Assembly: GCA_049700835.1 (NCBI GenBank)
Contig: JBNAUL010000002.1
Span: 272,275 to 336,274 of the forward strand
DNA from: Candidatus Woesearchaeota archaeon
GTDB taxonomy: Archaea; Nanobdellota; Nanobdellia; Woesearchaeales; WAPY01
Direction of reading: 5' to 3'
Length of the DNA stretch: 64,000 nucleotides
Part shown: positions 18,929 through 29,585 of the stretch, one piece after another
Layout: every line of letters starts with the position of its first letter
How positions within the stretch are numbered: position 1 is the first letter of the stretch
Notes under the pieces: generated by a model
Told to the model about the DNA's origin: nothing
The model's input: the letters and a program-made list of their open reading frames with translations, nothing else
The model's database searches: none
Program-made: the position numbers and the translations under genes

Positions 18929-20686
18929 ATGTGCGGAATAATTGCATTCAAATCAAGGAAAAAGGTAAGCGTGAACAACTATCTGATTGATGGACTGAAA
19001 AAACTTGAGTACAGGGGCTATGATTCCTTTGGAATTGCGTACAAGAGTAACTCTGTTGAGATAATAAAGAGAGTTGGAAAGATAGGAAATTTCAGCTTTA
19101 GCAATGAAATAAATTCAGAACAAGGAATAGCGCATACAAGATGGGCAACTCATGGAGGAGTTAATGAAATAAACGCTCATCCACACACCTCAAAAAACAG
19201 AAAGATAATAGTGGCACACAACGGAATAATAGAAAACTATCAGGAGATAAAGGATTTCTTGTTGAAAAACAGCTATGATTTCTATTCAGAAACAGACACA
19301 GAGGTTATACCTCAGTTGATACAATACTTCATGGACTCTGGAAACGATTTTTTGAAAGCAACAAAACTTGCTCTTAAAGAACTTGAAGGTAGCTTTGCAG
19401 TCGCAATAATGTACGGAAACGAGATGATTGGAGCTAGAAACGGTTCTCCCCTTGTTATGGGAATAAAGAATAAGGACTATTTCATGGCTTCTGACATTCC
19501 TGCATTCCTAAAGCACACAAACAAAGTCATATTTTTAGAAGACGGAGAGCTTGTTCATATTGATGAAAACAACAACATTGAGTTCTTTAAGTATGAAAAA
19601 GACGAAAAAATTGAAAAGAGAGAAATAGAGGTTGATTACAGCGTTGAGGAAGCTGAAAAGGGAAGCTATCCTCATTTCATGCTGAAAGAGATAGAGGAGC
19701 AAAAATACACTATAAGGAGAGCGGTTCAGCAAGATAAAGAACTTATAAGAAAAGTCAGCGAAGAAATAAAAAATGCTAAAGGAATATTTTTTGTAGGAGC
19801 AGGAACGAGCTATCATGCGTGTTTTGCAGCATCCTACTTGTTTTCGCACATAGCAAAGATGCATGTAAATGTGGTTTTGGCTTCTGAATTTCCGAATTAC
19901 AAGGAATTCATAAATGAGAAAACATTGGTCATAGCATTATCGCAATCAGGAGAAACAGCAGATGTTCTTGAAGCTGTGAAATCAGCAAAGAGGAAAAATG
20001 CAAGGGTCATTTCAATAGTCAATGTTGTTGGCTCTTCCCTGACAAGGATTTCTGATTACAACATAATGATGAATGCAGGCCCTGAGATTTGCGTTTTAAG
20101 CACAAAGAGTTATACTTCGCAGTTAGCAATAATTGTTTTGTTAGCATACGCTGTCACTGGAAAAGAAATGAAAGCAAAGGAGATTATTGAAAGCGCATCA
20201 AAGATTGTTCCTGAAATCATAAAAAATAAGGAGCAATTGTTTGGAATAGCGGAAAAACTAAAAGACAAAAAGGATATTTTTTTAATAGGAAGAAACTCTG
20301 AATATCCTACGGCGCTTGAAGGAGCCCTTAAAATAAAAGAAGTAAGTTATATACATGCAGAAGGATTTGCAGGTGGAGAACTAAAGCACGGAACAATAGC
20401 CCTGATAGAAAAAGGAACTCCTGTAATAGTTTTTTGCTCTGAAAGAACAAGAAAACAGATAATAAGCAATGCGATGGAAGTAAAAGCAAGAGGGGCTTAT
20501 GTTATTGGAATAAGCAGCCGTAACAATGAGGTCTTTGACGAATTTTTTAAAGTTGAGGAGATAGAGAACGCAAACAACATTTTGATGATAATTCCAATAC
20601 AAATACTTGCTTACAAGTTGGCTGTTTTAAGAGGGCTTGACCCTGACAAGCCAAGAAATCTTGCAAAATCAGTCACTGTCAAATGA
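18929..20686 (+). CDS. glmS: glutamine--fructose-6-phosphate aminotransferase
   Basis: MCGI start, LEYRGYDS, HTRWATHG, SQSGET, PRNLAKSVTV. Confidence 0.97.
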   Translation: MCGIIAFKSRKKVSVNNYLIDGLKKLEYRGYDSFGIAYKSNSVEIIKRVGKIGNFSFSNEINSEQGIAHTRWATHGGVNEINAHPHTSKNRKIIVAHNGIIENYQEIKDFLLKNSYDFYSETDTEVIPQLIQYFMDSGNDFLKATKLALKELEGSFAVAIMYGNEMIGARNGSPLVMGIKNKDYFMASDIPAFLKHTNKVIFLEDGELVHIDENNNIEFFKYEKDEKIEKREIEVDYSVEEAEKGSYPHFMLKEIEEQKYTIRRAVQQDKELIRKVSEEIKNAKGIFFVGAGTSYHACFAASYLFSHIAKMHVNVVLASEFPNYKEFINEKTLVIALSQSGETADVLEAVKSAKRKNARVISIVNVVGSSLTRISDYNIMMNAGPEICVLSTKSYTSQLAIIVLLAYAVTGKEMKAKEIIESASKIVPEIIKNKEQLFGIAEKLKDKKDIFLIGRNSEYPTALEGALKIKEVSYIHAEGFAGGELKHGTIALIEKGTPVIVFCSERTRKQIISNAMEVKARGAYVIGISSRNNEVFDEFFKVEEIENANNILMIIPIQILAYKLAVLRGLDPDKPRNLAKSVTVK

Positions 20687-20759
20687 ATAAACAAATAATA
20701 AAATAAATGAATAAAAAAATGAATCGATAAAAAGTAAATAAAAAATCTACGCAATAAAA

Positions 20760-21056
20760 ATGAAGAAGAGCATAAAAAACAAAACAAACAAAAATAACCA
20801 AAAAAAGGAAAATAAAAAAATTCGCAAATTGAATAAAGATAAGAAAAACAAGGAAGTTTTTAAAGTTGAAAGAACAGAAAATGCAAGTAGAACAAGCAAA
20901 GAACTCATAAGTCAACAGATTTTGGAAGAAAGAGAAGAAAAGGAAGTAATAGGCTATTCAGAATGCCCTGAATGCGGTTCAAAAAACCTTGCAAGAGAAA
21001 AAGGAGAGATTTACTGCAAGGACTGCGGATACGTGTTGGAAGAAAGAGAAGAATAA
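20760..21056 (+). CDS. small TFIIB-type Zn-ribbon protein (start uncertain)
   Basis: CPECGS...GEIYCKDCGYV. Confidence 0.7.
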   Translation: MKKSIKNKTNKNNQKKENKKIRKLNKDKKNKEVFKVERTENASRTSKELISQQILEEREEKEVIGYSECPECGSKNLAREKGEIYCKDCGYVLEEREE

Positions 21057-21081
21057 GAAGAGATAAAAAACAACAAAGCAG

Positions 21082-22464
21082 GTGATCCTTTTGAGAAAAC
21101 TTTTTGGAACAGATGGAATAAGAGGAATTGGCAACTTGTATCCTTTGGAACCAGAATTCGTTGTAAGGATAGGAAAGGCAATAGGAATACATTTCAAGAA
21201 GCAAAATGAGAAAAATTGGAACAGCAAAAAAACAACTGTAGTCATCGGAAAGGACACAAGGATTTCAGGATACTTGATAGAAAATGCGCTTGTTTCAGGA
21301 CTATGTTCTGCAGGAGTTAATTGCTATTTAGTTGGACCTTTGCCAACCCCTGCAATCTCTCATTTGGTGAGGAGTTTCGCAGCAAACGCTGGAATAATGA
21401 TATCTGCTTCTCATAACCCTGCAATAGACAATGGAATAAAAATATTTGACGAGAACGGCTTTAAACTTAATGATCAAGAAGAGGAAGAAATTGAGAGAAT
21501 AATATTTTCAGAAGAAGTCCAAAAATTAAGGATAACAGGAGCAGAAATAGGCAAGGCAAGAAGGATAGATGATGCAAGAGGACGCTACATAGAATTTGCA
21601 AAAGCGTCAATAAACAACCAATCACTAAAAGGATTAAAGGTCGTGCTCGACTGTGCAAACGGAGCAGCATATTCTGTAACTCCTAGGATAATATCTGAAT
21701 TAGGGGCAGAAGTTATAGTTTTAAATGACAATCCTAACGGGCTGAACATAAATAAAAATTGCGGCGCTCTGCATCCTGAGGTAATAAAGAGAGCTGTAAA
21801 AGAGGAGAATGCAGATGTTGGCATAGCATTGGATGGGGATGCTGACAGAGTTATAATGGTTGATGAAAATGGAAGTGAAATAGACGGAGACCACATAATG
21901 CTTATGTGCGCTCTTGAACTAAAGGGAAAAAAACAATTGAAAAAAGACACGGTTGTTGCAACAGTGATGAGCAATTTTGGACTTGAGTTGGCTCTAAAAA
22001 AAGCAGGAATAAAACTCGTAAGAACAGATGTTGGCGATAGATATGTTGTTGATGAAATGAAAAAAAACAACTTCAACTTTGGTGGAGAGCAGTCAGGCCA
22101 TATTATATTCTTAGATTACACAACAACAGGAGACGGAACAATAGCAGCGCTTCAGGTGCTCAGAATAATGAAAGAGACAGGAAAGAAACTCTCAGAACTC
22201 TCAAAACTCCTTGAGAAAAAACCACAATTTTTGTTCAATGTTGAAGTAAGAGAGAAAAAACCCCTGCATGAAACAAAAGAGACCCATAAAAAGATAAAGG
22301 AAGTTGAAGAAATGCTTAAAGATAATGGAAGAATATTAGTAAGATACTCTGGAACCCAAAATGTTCTCAGGATAATGATTGAAGGAGACAATCATGAAAA
22401 AATTAAAAAATTAGGGCAAGAAATAGTTAATATTGCTGAAAAGGAATTGGGGATGAAAAAATGA
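21082..22464 (+). CDS. glmM: phosphoglucosamine mutase
   Basis: [32 protein letters not shown]. Confidence 0.95.
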   Translation: MILLRKLFGTDGIRGIGNLYPLEPEFVVRIGKAIGIHFKKQNEKNWNSKKTTVVIGKDTRISGYLIENALVSGLCSAGVNCYLVGPLPTPAISHLVRSFAANAGIMISASHNPAIDNGIKIFDENGFKLNDQEEEEIERIIFSEEVQKLRITGAEIGKARRIDDARGRYIEFAKASINNQSLKGLKVVLDCANGAAYSVTPRIISELGAEVIVLNDNPNGLNINKNCGALHPEVIKRAVKEENADVGIALDGDADRVIMVDENGSEIDGDHIMLMCALELKGKKQLKKDTVVATVMSNFGLELALKKAGIKLVRTDVGDRYVVDEMKKNNFNFGGEQSGHIIFLDYTTTGDGTIAALQVLRIMKETGKKLSELSKLLEKKPQFLFNVEVREKKPLHETKETHKKIKEVEEMLKDNGRILVRYSGTQNVLRIMIEGDNHEKIKKLGQEIVNIAEKELGMKK

Positions 22465-23672
22465 ACAAGGACATAACAGCAATAATGCTCGCTGCTGGAG
22501 CATCAACGAGAACTTGGCCTTTGACAATAACAAGACCAAAACCTCTGCTAAAAGTCGCTAACAAAGAAATAATAATGCACAATTTAGAAGCGCTTGACAA
22601 AATAAAAGAGATTAAAGAAGCAATAATAGTCGTTGGTTTCAAGAAAGAAATGATAATTTATTTTTTGAAAGACAAGAATTTCAATTTTAAGATAAGTTTT
22701 GTAGAACAAAAAGAACAGCTTGGAACAGGAGATGCTGTTAAGAGTGTCTTTGAAAACAAAAAAATCAAGGGAAGGCTAATGATAATTGGAGGGGACGATT
22801 TGTTCTCAGAAAAAGACATAGAAAACTGCGTTAAGGAAGAATATTCAATATTAGCAAAAGAAGTTGATGAAATAAAGAATTTTGGAGCAATAATAAAAGA
22901 AGGAAATTACTTAAAAGATTTTGTTGAGAAACCAGAAACAGAGATTAGCAGAACAGCAAACGCAGGGCTCTATGTTGTTGATGATAGCATAAAAGATGAA
23001 ATTCTAAAATTGAAAAAGAGTTCAAGAGGAGAATTTGAATTGGTGGATGCAATTAAAGAATTTTCTAAAAAGAAAAAAATAAAAGTTGTTGAAGTAAAGG
23101 ATTATTGGATTCCAATAACTTATCCTTGGTCATTGCTTGATGCAAATGCTTTGCTTCTTGATAGAATAGAAGAAAAGATAGAGGGAACAATAGAGGAAGG
23201 AGCAAGAATAAAAGGAAAACTAATCCTTGGAAAAAACTCAATAATAAAATCAGGAGTTTACATTGAAGGCCCTGTAATGATTGGAGAGAACTGCATAGTA
23301 GGTCCTAACTGCTATCTGAGGGCTTCAACAACAATCGGCAACAACTGCCATATCGGACAAGCAGTAGAAATAAAAAATTCAATATTTTTTGACAACTCAA
23401 AGTGCAACCACCTAAGCTACATCGGAGATTCTGTAATTGGTTATAATGTTAATTTAGGAGCAGGAACAATAACAGCAAACCTTAGGCATGACAATGCAAG
23501 TGTTAAGTCAATGGTAAAGGACCAGCTGATAGATACAAAAAGGAGAAAACTTGGAGCAATCATTGCTGATAATGTTCACACAGGAATACACACATCAATC
23601 TATCCTGGAAGAAAAATCTATCCTGAAAAAACAACTCTGCCTGGGGAGATTGTCAAGTTTGATGTTGAGTAA
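22461..23672 (+). CDS. glmU: bifunctional sugar-1-phosphate nucleotidylyltransferase/acetyltransferase, archaeal GlmU type
   Basis: LAAG..TR.WP...RPKPL, QLGTG, hexapeptide repeats, HLSYIGDS. Confidence 0.9.
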   Translation: MNKDITAIMLAAGASTRTWPLTITRPKPLLKVANKEIIMHNLEALDKIKEIKEAIIVVGFKKEMIIYFLKDKNFNFKISFVEQKEQLGTGDAVKSVFENKKIKGRLMIIGGDDLFSEKDIENCVKEEYSILAKEVDEIKNFGAIIKEGNYLKDFVEKPETEISRTANAGLYVVDDSIKDEILKLKKSSRGEFELVDAIKEFSKKKKIKVVEVKDYWIPITYPWSLLDANALLLDRIEEKIEGTIEEGARIKGKLILGKNSIIKSGVYIEGPVMIGENCIVGPNCYLRASTTIGNNCHIGQAVEIKNSIFFDNSKCNHLSYIGDSVIGYNVNLGAGTITANLRHDNASVKSMVKDQLIDTKRRKLGAIIADNVHTGIHTSIYPGRKIYPEKTTLPGEIVKFDVE

Positions 23673-23708
23673 GCTTTAAAACAGGAAAATAAAAATAAAG
23701 AATAAAAA

Positions 23709-23781
23709 CGCTCCTGCGGGGATTTGAACCCCGGCTACAACCTCCGCAGGGTTGTATACTTCCAGACTATATTACAGGAGC
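23709..23781 (-). tRNA. tRNA-Arg(GCG)
   Basis: GCTCCTG...CAGGAGCG, anticodon arm CAACC-CT-GCG-GA-GGTTG, GGTTCAAATCC. Confidence 0.93.
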
Positions 23782-23843
23782 GCTCGAAAACATTTTTTAT
23801 GGTTTTATGTTGTTTTGAAGTATTTTAAAATAATTTCTAAAAA

Positions 23844-23918
23844 TGGGGCTGCCCGGATTTGAACCGGGGTTGCTAGCACCCCAAGCTAGAGTGATAGACC
23901 AAACTACACTACAGCCCC
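23844..23918 (-). tRNA. tRNA-Pro(GGG)
   Basis: GGGGCTG...CAGCCCCA, anticodon arm CTAGC-TT-GGG-GT-GCTAG. Confidence 0.93.
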
Positions 23919-24067
23919 AAAATTAAAAACAACAAAATTAAAAAAACAAAAGTTCTTGTTAAAAGAGTTGATATTCAGCAAATTTTTAAATTTAACTGTT
24001 TGATGATTTTCAAGCAGAAACTTTTAAATAAACCGCGATTTTTATTGAAGAAAAAGGGGTGTTTTAA

Positions 24068-25042
24068 ATGAAAGCAACAAAAGAAAGTTTTTCTGAAAGT
24101 TTGGAAAAGTATGCTGATTACATCATAGAAGCTTCAAAACTTGGAAATTTTAGGGTCAAAAGGAAAATAAATAAAATTGTTGTTTGTGGGGTTGGCGGAA
24201 GTGGAATTGCTGCTGACCTGATAAAATCTTATCTTGAAAATGAAAAAATAGGCGTGCCTGTAATCGTGAACAAGGACTTTGAATTGAATCCTTCTGTTGA
24301 CAGCAAAACACTTGTTTTTGTGATTTCATATTCAGGAAACACTCTTGAAACAATAAGCTGTTATGAAGAAGCAATAAGAAAAAAATGTAAGATTATAGCT
24401 ATAACTTCTGGAGGAAAAGTCGAGGAGTTGTGCAGAAATAAAGGAACAACAATTATAAAGATACCTGGCAATCTTCATGCAAGGGCTTCTCTACAATTCC
24501 TTTTCATTCCAATGCTTAATGTCATAACAAAGAGTTTTGGGATTAAGAGAAATGATTTTGAGGATATTGCAGAGGAATTGAATGATAAAAGAATAAGAAA
24601 GCAAGCTGTAGAAATTTCAAAGAAAATAAGGAACAGAATTCCAATAACTTATTCTTCTCAAAAATTGAAGCCTGTTATTTTGAGATGGAAGCAGCAGTTC
24701 AATGAAAACTGCAAGATCCCTGCTTTCTGTAACATCTTTCCAGAGCTGTGCCACAACGAGATTGAAAGTTATGAATTCGGTTTTAAAGAAAGTTTTGTCA
24801 TAATCTTAATGGACAGAGAAGACAACAGGATGACAAACAAGGAGATTTTAGCGTTCAAAGATGTCTTATCAGAAAAAAGAGATGTTGAATTGATCTTTTT
24901 AGAAGGGAAGAATTTTCTGCAAAAACTTTTCTTTGGTTTTTACCTTGGGGATTTAGTAAGTTTTGAACTTGCGAAATTATTGAAAACGGATGTTAATAAA
25001 ATTGATTTGATAGAAAAACTTAAAGAAAAAATCAACGATTGA
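24068..25042 (+). CDS. bifunctional phosphoglucose/phosphomannose isomerase, copy 1
   Basis: GVGGSG, SYSGNTLET, ARAS, NENCK, PELCHNE. Confidence 0.88.
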   Translation: MKATKESFSESLEKYADYIIEASKLGNFRVKRKINKIVVCGVGGSGIAADLIKSYLENEKIGVPVIVNKDFELNPSVDSKTLVFVISYSGNTLETISCYEEAIRKKCKIIAITSGGKVEELCRNKGTTIIKIPGNLHARASLQFLFIPMLNVITKSFGIKRNDFEDIAEELNDKRIRKQAVEISKKIRNRIPITYSSQKLKPVILRWKQQFNENCKIPAFCNIFPELCHNEIESYEFGFKESFVIILMDREDNRMTNKEILAFKDVLSEKRDVELIFLEGKNFLQKLFFGFYLGDLVSFELAKLLKTDVNKIDLIEKLKEKIND

Positions 25043-25068
25043 TGTTTTCATATTTTAAATTTGGCATT

Positions 25069-27504
25069 TCAAGAAATTATTCTGCTAACTCCGTTGTCCT
25101 TTTCTATTCTAATGATTTTGTCAACAAAACTCTCAATCTTTTGTTCATGACTCACAATGATTACTTGCTTCATGTTCAGCGCTTTTATTACATCCCTGAC
25201 CTTGTCAAGCTGCTGAGATGAAAAACCATCTGTTGGTTCATCCAATATTATAAGGTCTTTTGTTTTTATTCCATGCGTTATGTCATTTATTACTTTGTTG
25301 AGAGCAAGCCTATATGCCAATGCCAAACTTGTTTTTTCTCCTCCTGACAAGCTCTCAATTTCTATTTCATAATTGTTTTGTTCAACAATAGGAGTAAAAT
25401 CCTCATCCAACCTTGCTGTTATTGTTTCATCACCCATCAGCATGTTGAACCATTCTTTAAACAATTCGTTGAACTCGTTATGCAGAGTGCTCATAACATG
25501 TTTTTCCATCAGCATTACAACATTTGAAAAGTGCTCTTCAATCCAATACTTAAATGATTTCAGCCTGTTCAATCTCTCTTTCGCTTCCAAAATCTTCTTT
25601 ATTTCCTCTTCAATTCTTCTGAACTGCTCATCTGTAAGAGCCAGTTCTTTTGAGAGCGCTGCCTTCCTGATCTCAAGGTTCTTCTGCTCTGATTTAATGG
25701 ATTCAACCTCGCCTTCCTTTTCCTTTAGCACCTTTTCAACATTCTCAAGATTTTTGAGTTCCTTTTTTATATCCATCGCTTTTTCTTGGTGCTTCTTTAT
25801 TTCAGATTCGATTTCCATAATCTGCTTTAAAATTTTGTTCTTTTCCTTTTCCTTTTCAACCATCAATGCACTGAATTTTTCAAACTCGTTTAGGAGCTCC
25901 AAATCTTTTTTCATTTTTTGGAGTTCAATCATCTTGGAATTCAATTCTTCTTTTGCTTTGGTTTCTATCCTTAGCTTTTGCAGTTCTGCTTCTATCCTTT
26001 CAACCATTTTTTCTTTTTCTGATATTGCCAAGATTTCTTCTTCTATTTTCTTTATTTGTTCCATTTCCTTTACAAGTTCTATCTTTTGTTCAGAAACATT
26101 CTGTATTGAAGAGCTTATTGCATCAAACTCCTCTCTGAGTTCCTTTTCAGATTTTTCCAATTCAAGGATCTCTGATTCCATTTTCATCATTGCATTCCTG
26201 TTCTCGCTAAGAATCCTTTCCTTGTAGGCTTCTGTAAGTTCTTGAAGGCAGAGAGGGCACTTTTTAGAATTTTTCAATGCTTCAATCGTGTTTTTCAGGT
26301 TTGAAAGCATTGCCATCTTATTGGCTATGCTGTTCCTTACAAAGTTCAACCTTTCCTCAACCTCTTTTTTCCTGTTCAAAAACTCCTTCTCTTTTGATAC
26401 GAATTCCTTCTTCTCTTTTATGCTCTTGCTCTTCATTTCTCTGTCTTTTTCAAGAAAACATTTATTTTTAATTTCAGATTTAAGTTCTGAAAGTTTTTTG
26501 TTCAAAGATTCAACATCCTTTTGCGAGCTAAGCATTTCGTTCTTTATTCTTTCAATCTCTTCATCTTTCCTTGCGATTTTCAGTTTCAACTCTTCCTTGT
26601 TTTCCTTAACCCTAAAATCCTTTATCTTGTCTTTTATTTCATTTATTTCATTATCAAATTCTTCCAATTTGTGCTTGTAAGCAGAAAACTGATTTTGCTT
26701 TTCCTCTATCTTTGAATTTAGGATTTCAATCTCTTTTTTGAGTTCCAAGAATTTGTTGTAATCTTCTTTAACAGCATTGTAAGCCCTTGCTGCATATTCA
26801 AGTTTGTTCAGAACTGCTGAAATCTCCTCTTCAACGCTCCTCTGATTTTTTTCAAGCTCTGATTTCTTAGCGCTTATCTCTCTCAGCTCTTCCTTCTTTT
26901 GTTCCAAATTTTCAGATCTAACACTCTCCTCATTTATCTTTTCTCTGAGATATAAAAGTATTATTTCTGAATTCTCCATTATTGTTTTGTATCTATCTAT
27001 GCCGAAGAGCTTTCTTATTGTGTTCAATCTCTCATCTCTCTTTTCAAAAAGTATCTGCTTCATCTGTTCCTGAGGGGTATAAACAGTAAATCTGTAGATA
27101 AGGGATTTCTTTTTAGAAGCAAGTGATAAAGGATATCCCAAAATTCTTATTATTTCATTCTTCATCTCGGAAGGAGTGAGCTCATTTTTAATGTTATCTG
27201 CTATAAAGTAGCCAGAGGTTTGTATTGTCTTGTCAGAAGATTTTTTCAATGTTCTCTTTATTGTAAATTCCTTTCCTTCCACCTCAAAATCAATTTCCAC
27301 AAAACCCTGATTCTTTCCCTTTCTCAGCAATGAGCCAGGAGAAATTTCATTGGTTGCTCCAAAAAAGGCGAATTCTATAGCCAAGAGTACTGAACTCTTT
27401 CCAGAACCGATGTCGCCGCTCAACAAAATACTTCCCTCTGGAAAAATGAATTCCTCATCAGAATAAGTTCTTATGTTATGAAGCTTAACTCTCTTTATAA
27501 GCAT
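25069..27504 (-). CDS. rad50: Rad50/SbcC-type SMC-like ATPase
   Basis: GDIGSGKS, long coiled coil with CPLC hook, LSGGE, LDEPTDG, IVSH. Confidence 0.88.
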   Translation of the reverse strand: MLIKRVKLHNIRTYSDEEFIFPEGSILLSGDIGSGKSSVLLAIEFAFFGATNEISPGSLLRKGKNQGFVEIDFEVEGKEFTIKRTLKKSSDKTIQTSGYFIADNIKNELTPSEMKNEIIRILGYPLSLASKKKSLIYRFTVYTPQEQMKQILFEKRDERLNTIRKLFGIDRYKTIMENSEIILLYLREKINEESVRSENLEQKKEELREISAKKSELEKNQRSVEEEISAVLNKLEYAARAYNAVKEDYNKFLELKKEIEILNSKIEEKQNQFSAYKHKLEEFDNEINEIKDKIKDFRVKENKEELKLKIARKDEEIERIKNEMLSSQKDVESLNKKLSELKSEIKNKCFLEKDREMKSKSIKEKKEFVSKEKEFLNRKKEVEERLNFVRNSIANKMAMLSNLKNTIEALKNSKKCPLCLQELTEAYKERILSENRNAMMKMESEILELEKSEKELREEFDAISSSIQNVSEQKIELVKEMEQIKKIEEEILAISEKEKMVERIEAELQKLRIETKAKEELNSKMIELQKMKKDLELLNEFEKFSALMVEKEKEKNKILKQIMEIESEIKKHQEKAMDIKKELKNLENVEKVLKEKEGEVESIKSEQKNLEIRKAALSKELALTDEQFRRIEEEIKKILEAKERLNRLKSFKYWIEEHFSNVVMLMEKHVMSTLHNEFNELFKEWFNMLMGDETITARLDEDFTPIVEQNNYEIEIESLSGGEKTSLALAYRLALNKVINDITHGIKTKDLIILDEPTDGFSSQQLDKVRDVIKALNMKQVIIVSHEQKIESFVDKIIRIEKDNGVSRIIS

Positions 27505-27644
27505 GTTATTAAGTGAGAGTTTCATTTATTTAATAAATTTTGTGCTGTCTATTGTCAAAATGAAAAATTTGCTCTTTCAAAAACAGATTTCAATACTACT
27601 TTATAATAAAAAACTTTATATATCCATAAACATTTTTCAGGGTT

Positions 27645-28151
27645 ATGCAGCCATTAAATGAAATAATTAATGGAGCAATTGAAAATCCTGCTAATGAAAA
27701 ATGCAACTCTGAAATAGAACTCTCTGATTTGGTTTTCGTTATGAGCCCTTACATAGAGCAACTGATAAAAAAGATGTTTGAAGATTATAAAATAAAATTC
27801 TTTTATGACTACAAGAGCGCGCTGAATTATTTAAACAACTCTAAAAAAGAAAATGTGGTAAAGATGATTATAATAGATGAGGAACTAAACATTTCTGATT
27901 TAAGTCCAGAAGAACAGAAAAGAAGTTTTAATAGTTTGATAAAGAATGCCAAAGATAAAAGTATTGCGCTTGTCCTCGTAACTCCTTATCTGAAAACCAG
28001 TTACGAGAGTGAAAGAATCAAGATAAAACAGGATGTCTTTGACTGCAACGAATTTTATAATAAACTTGACAAAAACAAGGAAGCACAGATATACTTCTTT
28101 ACTTTATTAGAAAGCATTGAAAAGATAAAAAAATATCTAAAGAAAATTTAG
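27645..28151 (+). CDS. hypothetical protein, possible degenerate receiver (CheY-like) domain
   Basis: alternating beta/alpha pattern with SALNYL, MIIID, LVLVT. Confidence 0.5.
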   Translation: MQPLNEIINGAIENPANEKCNSEIELSDLVFVMSPYIEQLIKKMFEDYKIKFFYDYKSALNYLNNSKKENVVKMIIIDEELNISDLSPEEQKRSFNSLIKNAKDKSIALVLVTPYLKTSYESERIKIKQDVFDCNEFYNKLDKNKEAQIYFFTLLESIEKIKKYLKKI

Positions 28152-28293
28152 AGAGTTAAAGAAGCTTAAAAATGTTAAGCAAAACAAAAATTTATTCTTA
28201 AAGTAAGATTAAAGCAAGATTAATGATTGTTGACAAATTTTTACAGAAATATTTTTAAAGAACCAAAAAATCTATTCTAAAAAGGTGATTTTT

Positions 28294-29265
28294 ATGAAGG
28301 AAAGCATTGCTGAAAGTTTGGAAAAGTATGCTGATTACATCATAGAAGCTTCAAAGCTTGGAAACATAAAAATAACAGGAACAGTTGAAAAGATAGTTGT
28401 TTGCGGGGTTGGAAATTCTGGAATAGTTGGAGATTTGCTCAAAAACTATTTTGAGGAATTGGCATTGAAAATTCCTGTGTTCCCTGTCAAGGACTTTGAG
28501 ATCCCTGCGTTCTGTGACAGCAAAACCCTTGTATTCATAATCTCTTATTCAGGCAACACCATGGAAGCAATAAAATGTTATAGGAGCGCTGTTGGAAGGG
28601 GCTGCAGGATAATAGCAATAACTTCGGGTGGAAAATTGAAGGAGATATGCAAGGAGAACAATGTTGATGTGATAAAGATTCCTGAAAACTTGTGTTCAAT
28701 AGCAGCATTTCCATTCTTGTTTGTTCCTGTACTCAATGTGCTAAAACAAAACAACATATTAGAAGAAATTGATTTCAACAGTATCTCAGATACTATAAAG
28801 AGGGCCAATTTTCAGGGCAAGGCATCTGAAATTTCAAAAAAGATAGTAAACAAAAGACCAATAATCTACTCTTCAAAAAGGTTTGAAGGGGTTGCAACAA
28901 GGTGGAAGATTTCTTTCAATGAAATATCGAAGATAGAAGCCCATTGCAATGTTTTTCCAGAAGCAGTGCACAATGAAATAAATGCATTTGAAGAATCAAA
29001 AAATGATAATTTCATCATTTTCATAGTAGATGATGAAGACAACAAGTATGTAAAAAAACAGATTGAATCTTTTAGGAACATGATAGTAAAAAAAGCAGAA
29101 TCCACAGAACTCAGATTAAAGGGAACAAATTACTTAAAAAAAGTGTTCCTTTCTATTTATATTGGGGATTTGATAAGCTTAGAACTCTGCGAACTCCTTG
29201 AAAAGAATCCTGAAGAAACAAAGATGAAAAGCCAAATAAAGGAAGAAACATTAAGGATAATATGA
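28294..29265 (+). CDS. PGI/PMI-family SIS protein, copy 2 (divergent)
   Basis: GVGNSG, SYSGNTMEA, NEISK, PEAVHNE. Confidence 0.85.
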   Translation: MKESIAESLEKYADYIIEASKLGNIKITGTVEKIVVCGVGNSGIVGDLLKNYFEELALKIPVFPVKDFEIPAFCDSKTLVFIISYSGNTMEAIKCYRSAVGRGCRIIAITSGGKLKEICKENNVDVIKIPENLCSIAAFPFLFVPVLNVLKQNNILEEIDFNSISDTIKRANFQGKASEISKKIVNKRPIIYSSKRFEGVATRWKISFNEISKIEAHCNVFPEAVHNEINAFEESKNDNFIIFIVDDEDNKYVKKQIESFRNMIVKKAESTELRLKGTNYLKKVFLSIYIGDLISLELCELLEKNPEETKMKSQIKEETLRII

Positions 29266-29320
29266 TAACACATTATTTTCATAAATAATAGGATAATAAA
29301 AAAATTGATAAATAAATAAC

Positions 29321-29581
29321 AAATAAAATAATAAACTATAGCATAAATATAGCATAGCAAAAGAATAAAAAAGACAAGCAAAGAGCAAAAAAATAAAAAC
29401 AGAATAAAAACAGCAAGAATAAAAATAATAAAAACAGAATAACAAAAAAACATAAAAAGAACAGCATAAAAAGAATAGTATAAAATCAAAACTTAAAAAA
29501 TTACCACAATACACCACGTACTCATACAAAATGCTCATACAAAAAATAAGTAAAAGAACTGCTAGTAATTTGTGATTTTAG
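29321..29581 (+). repeat. 261-bp A-rich direct repeat, copy 1
   Basis: near-identical to 34553-34814 (one indel and one substitution seen). Confidence 0.9.
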
Positions 29582-29585
29582 AAAA

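Noticed and set aside
18929..23672. glmS-glmM-glmU as evidence of peptidoglycan synthesis
   Set aside because: The UDP-GlcNAc pathway is common in archaea for glycosylation; no mur, ddl or PBP genes are in the window
25373..26715. Long plus-strand ORFs inside rad50 (likewise inside ftsZ, glmM and the 45732 gene)
   Set aside because: Antisense shadows of Lys/Glu-rich coding sequence
25069..27504. SMC-like defence system (Wadjet/Lamassu)
   Set aside because: Zinc hook and motifs fit Rad50, and no partner defence genes are adjacent
29157..29538. Phe/Leu/Tyr-rich minus-strand ORFs (also 34329-34771 and 20679-20915)
   Set aside because: Artefacts of A-rich low-complexity DNA read on the T-rich strand
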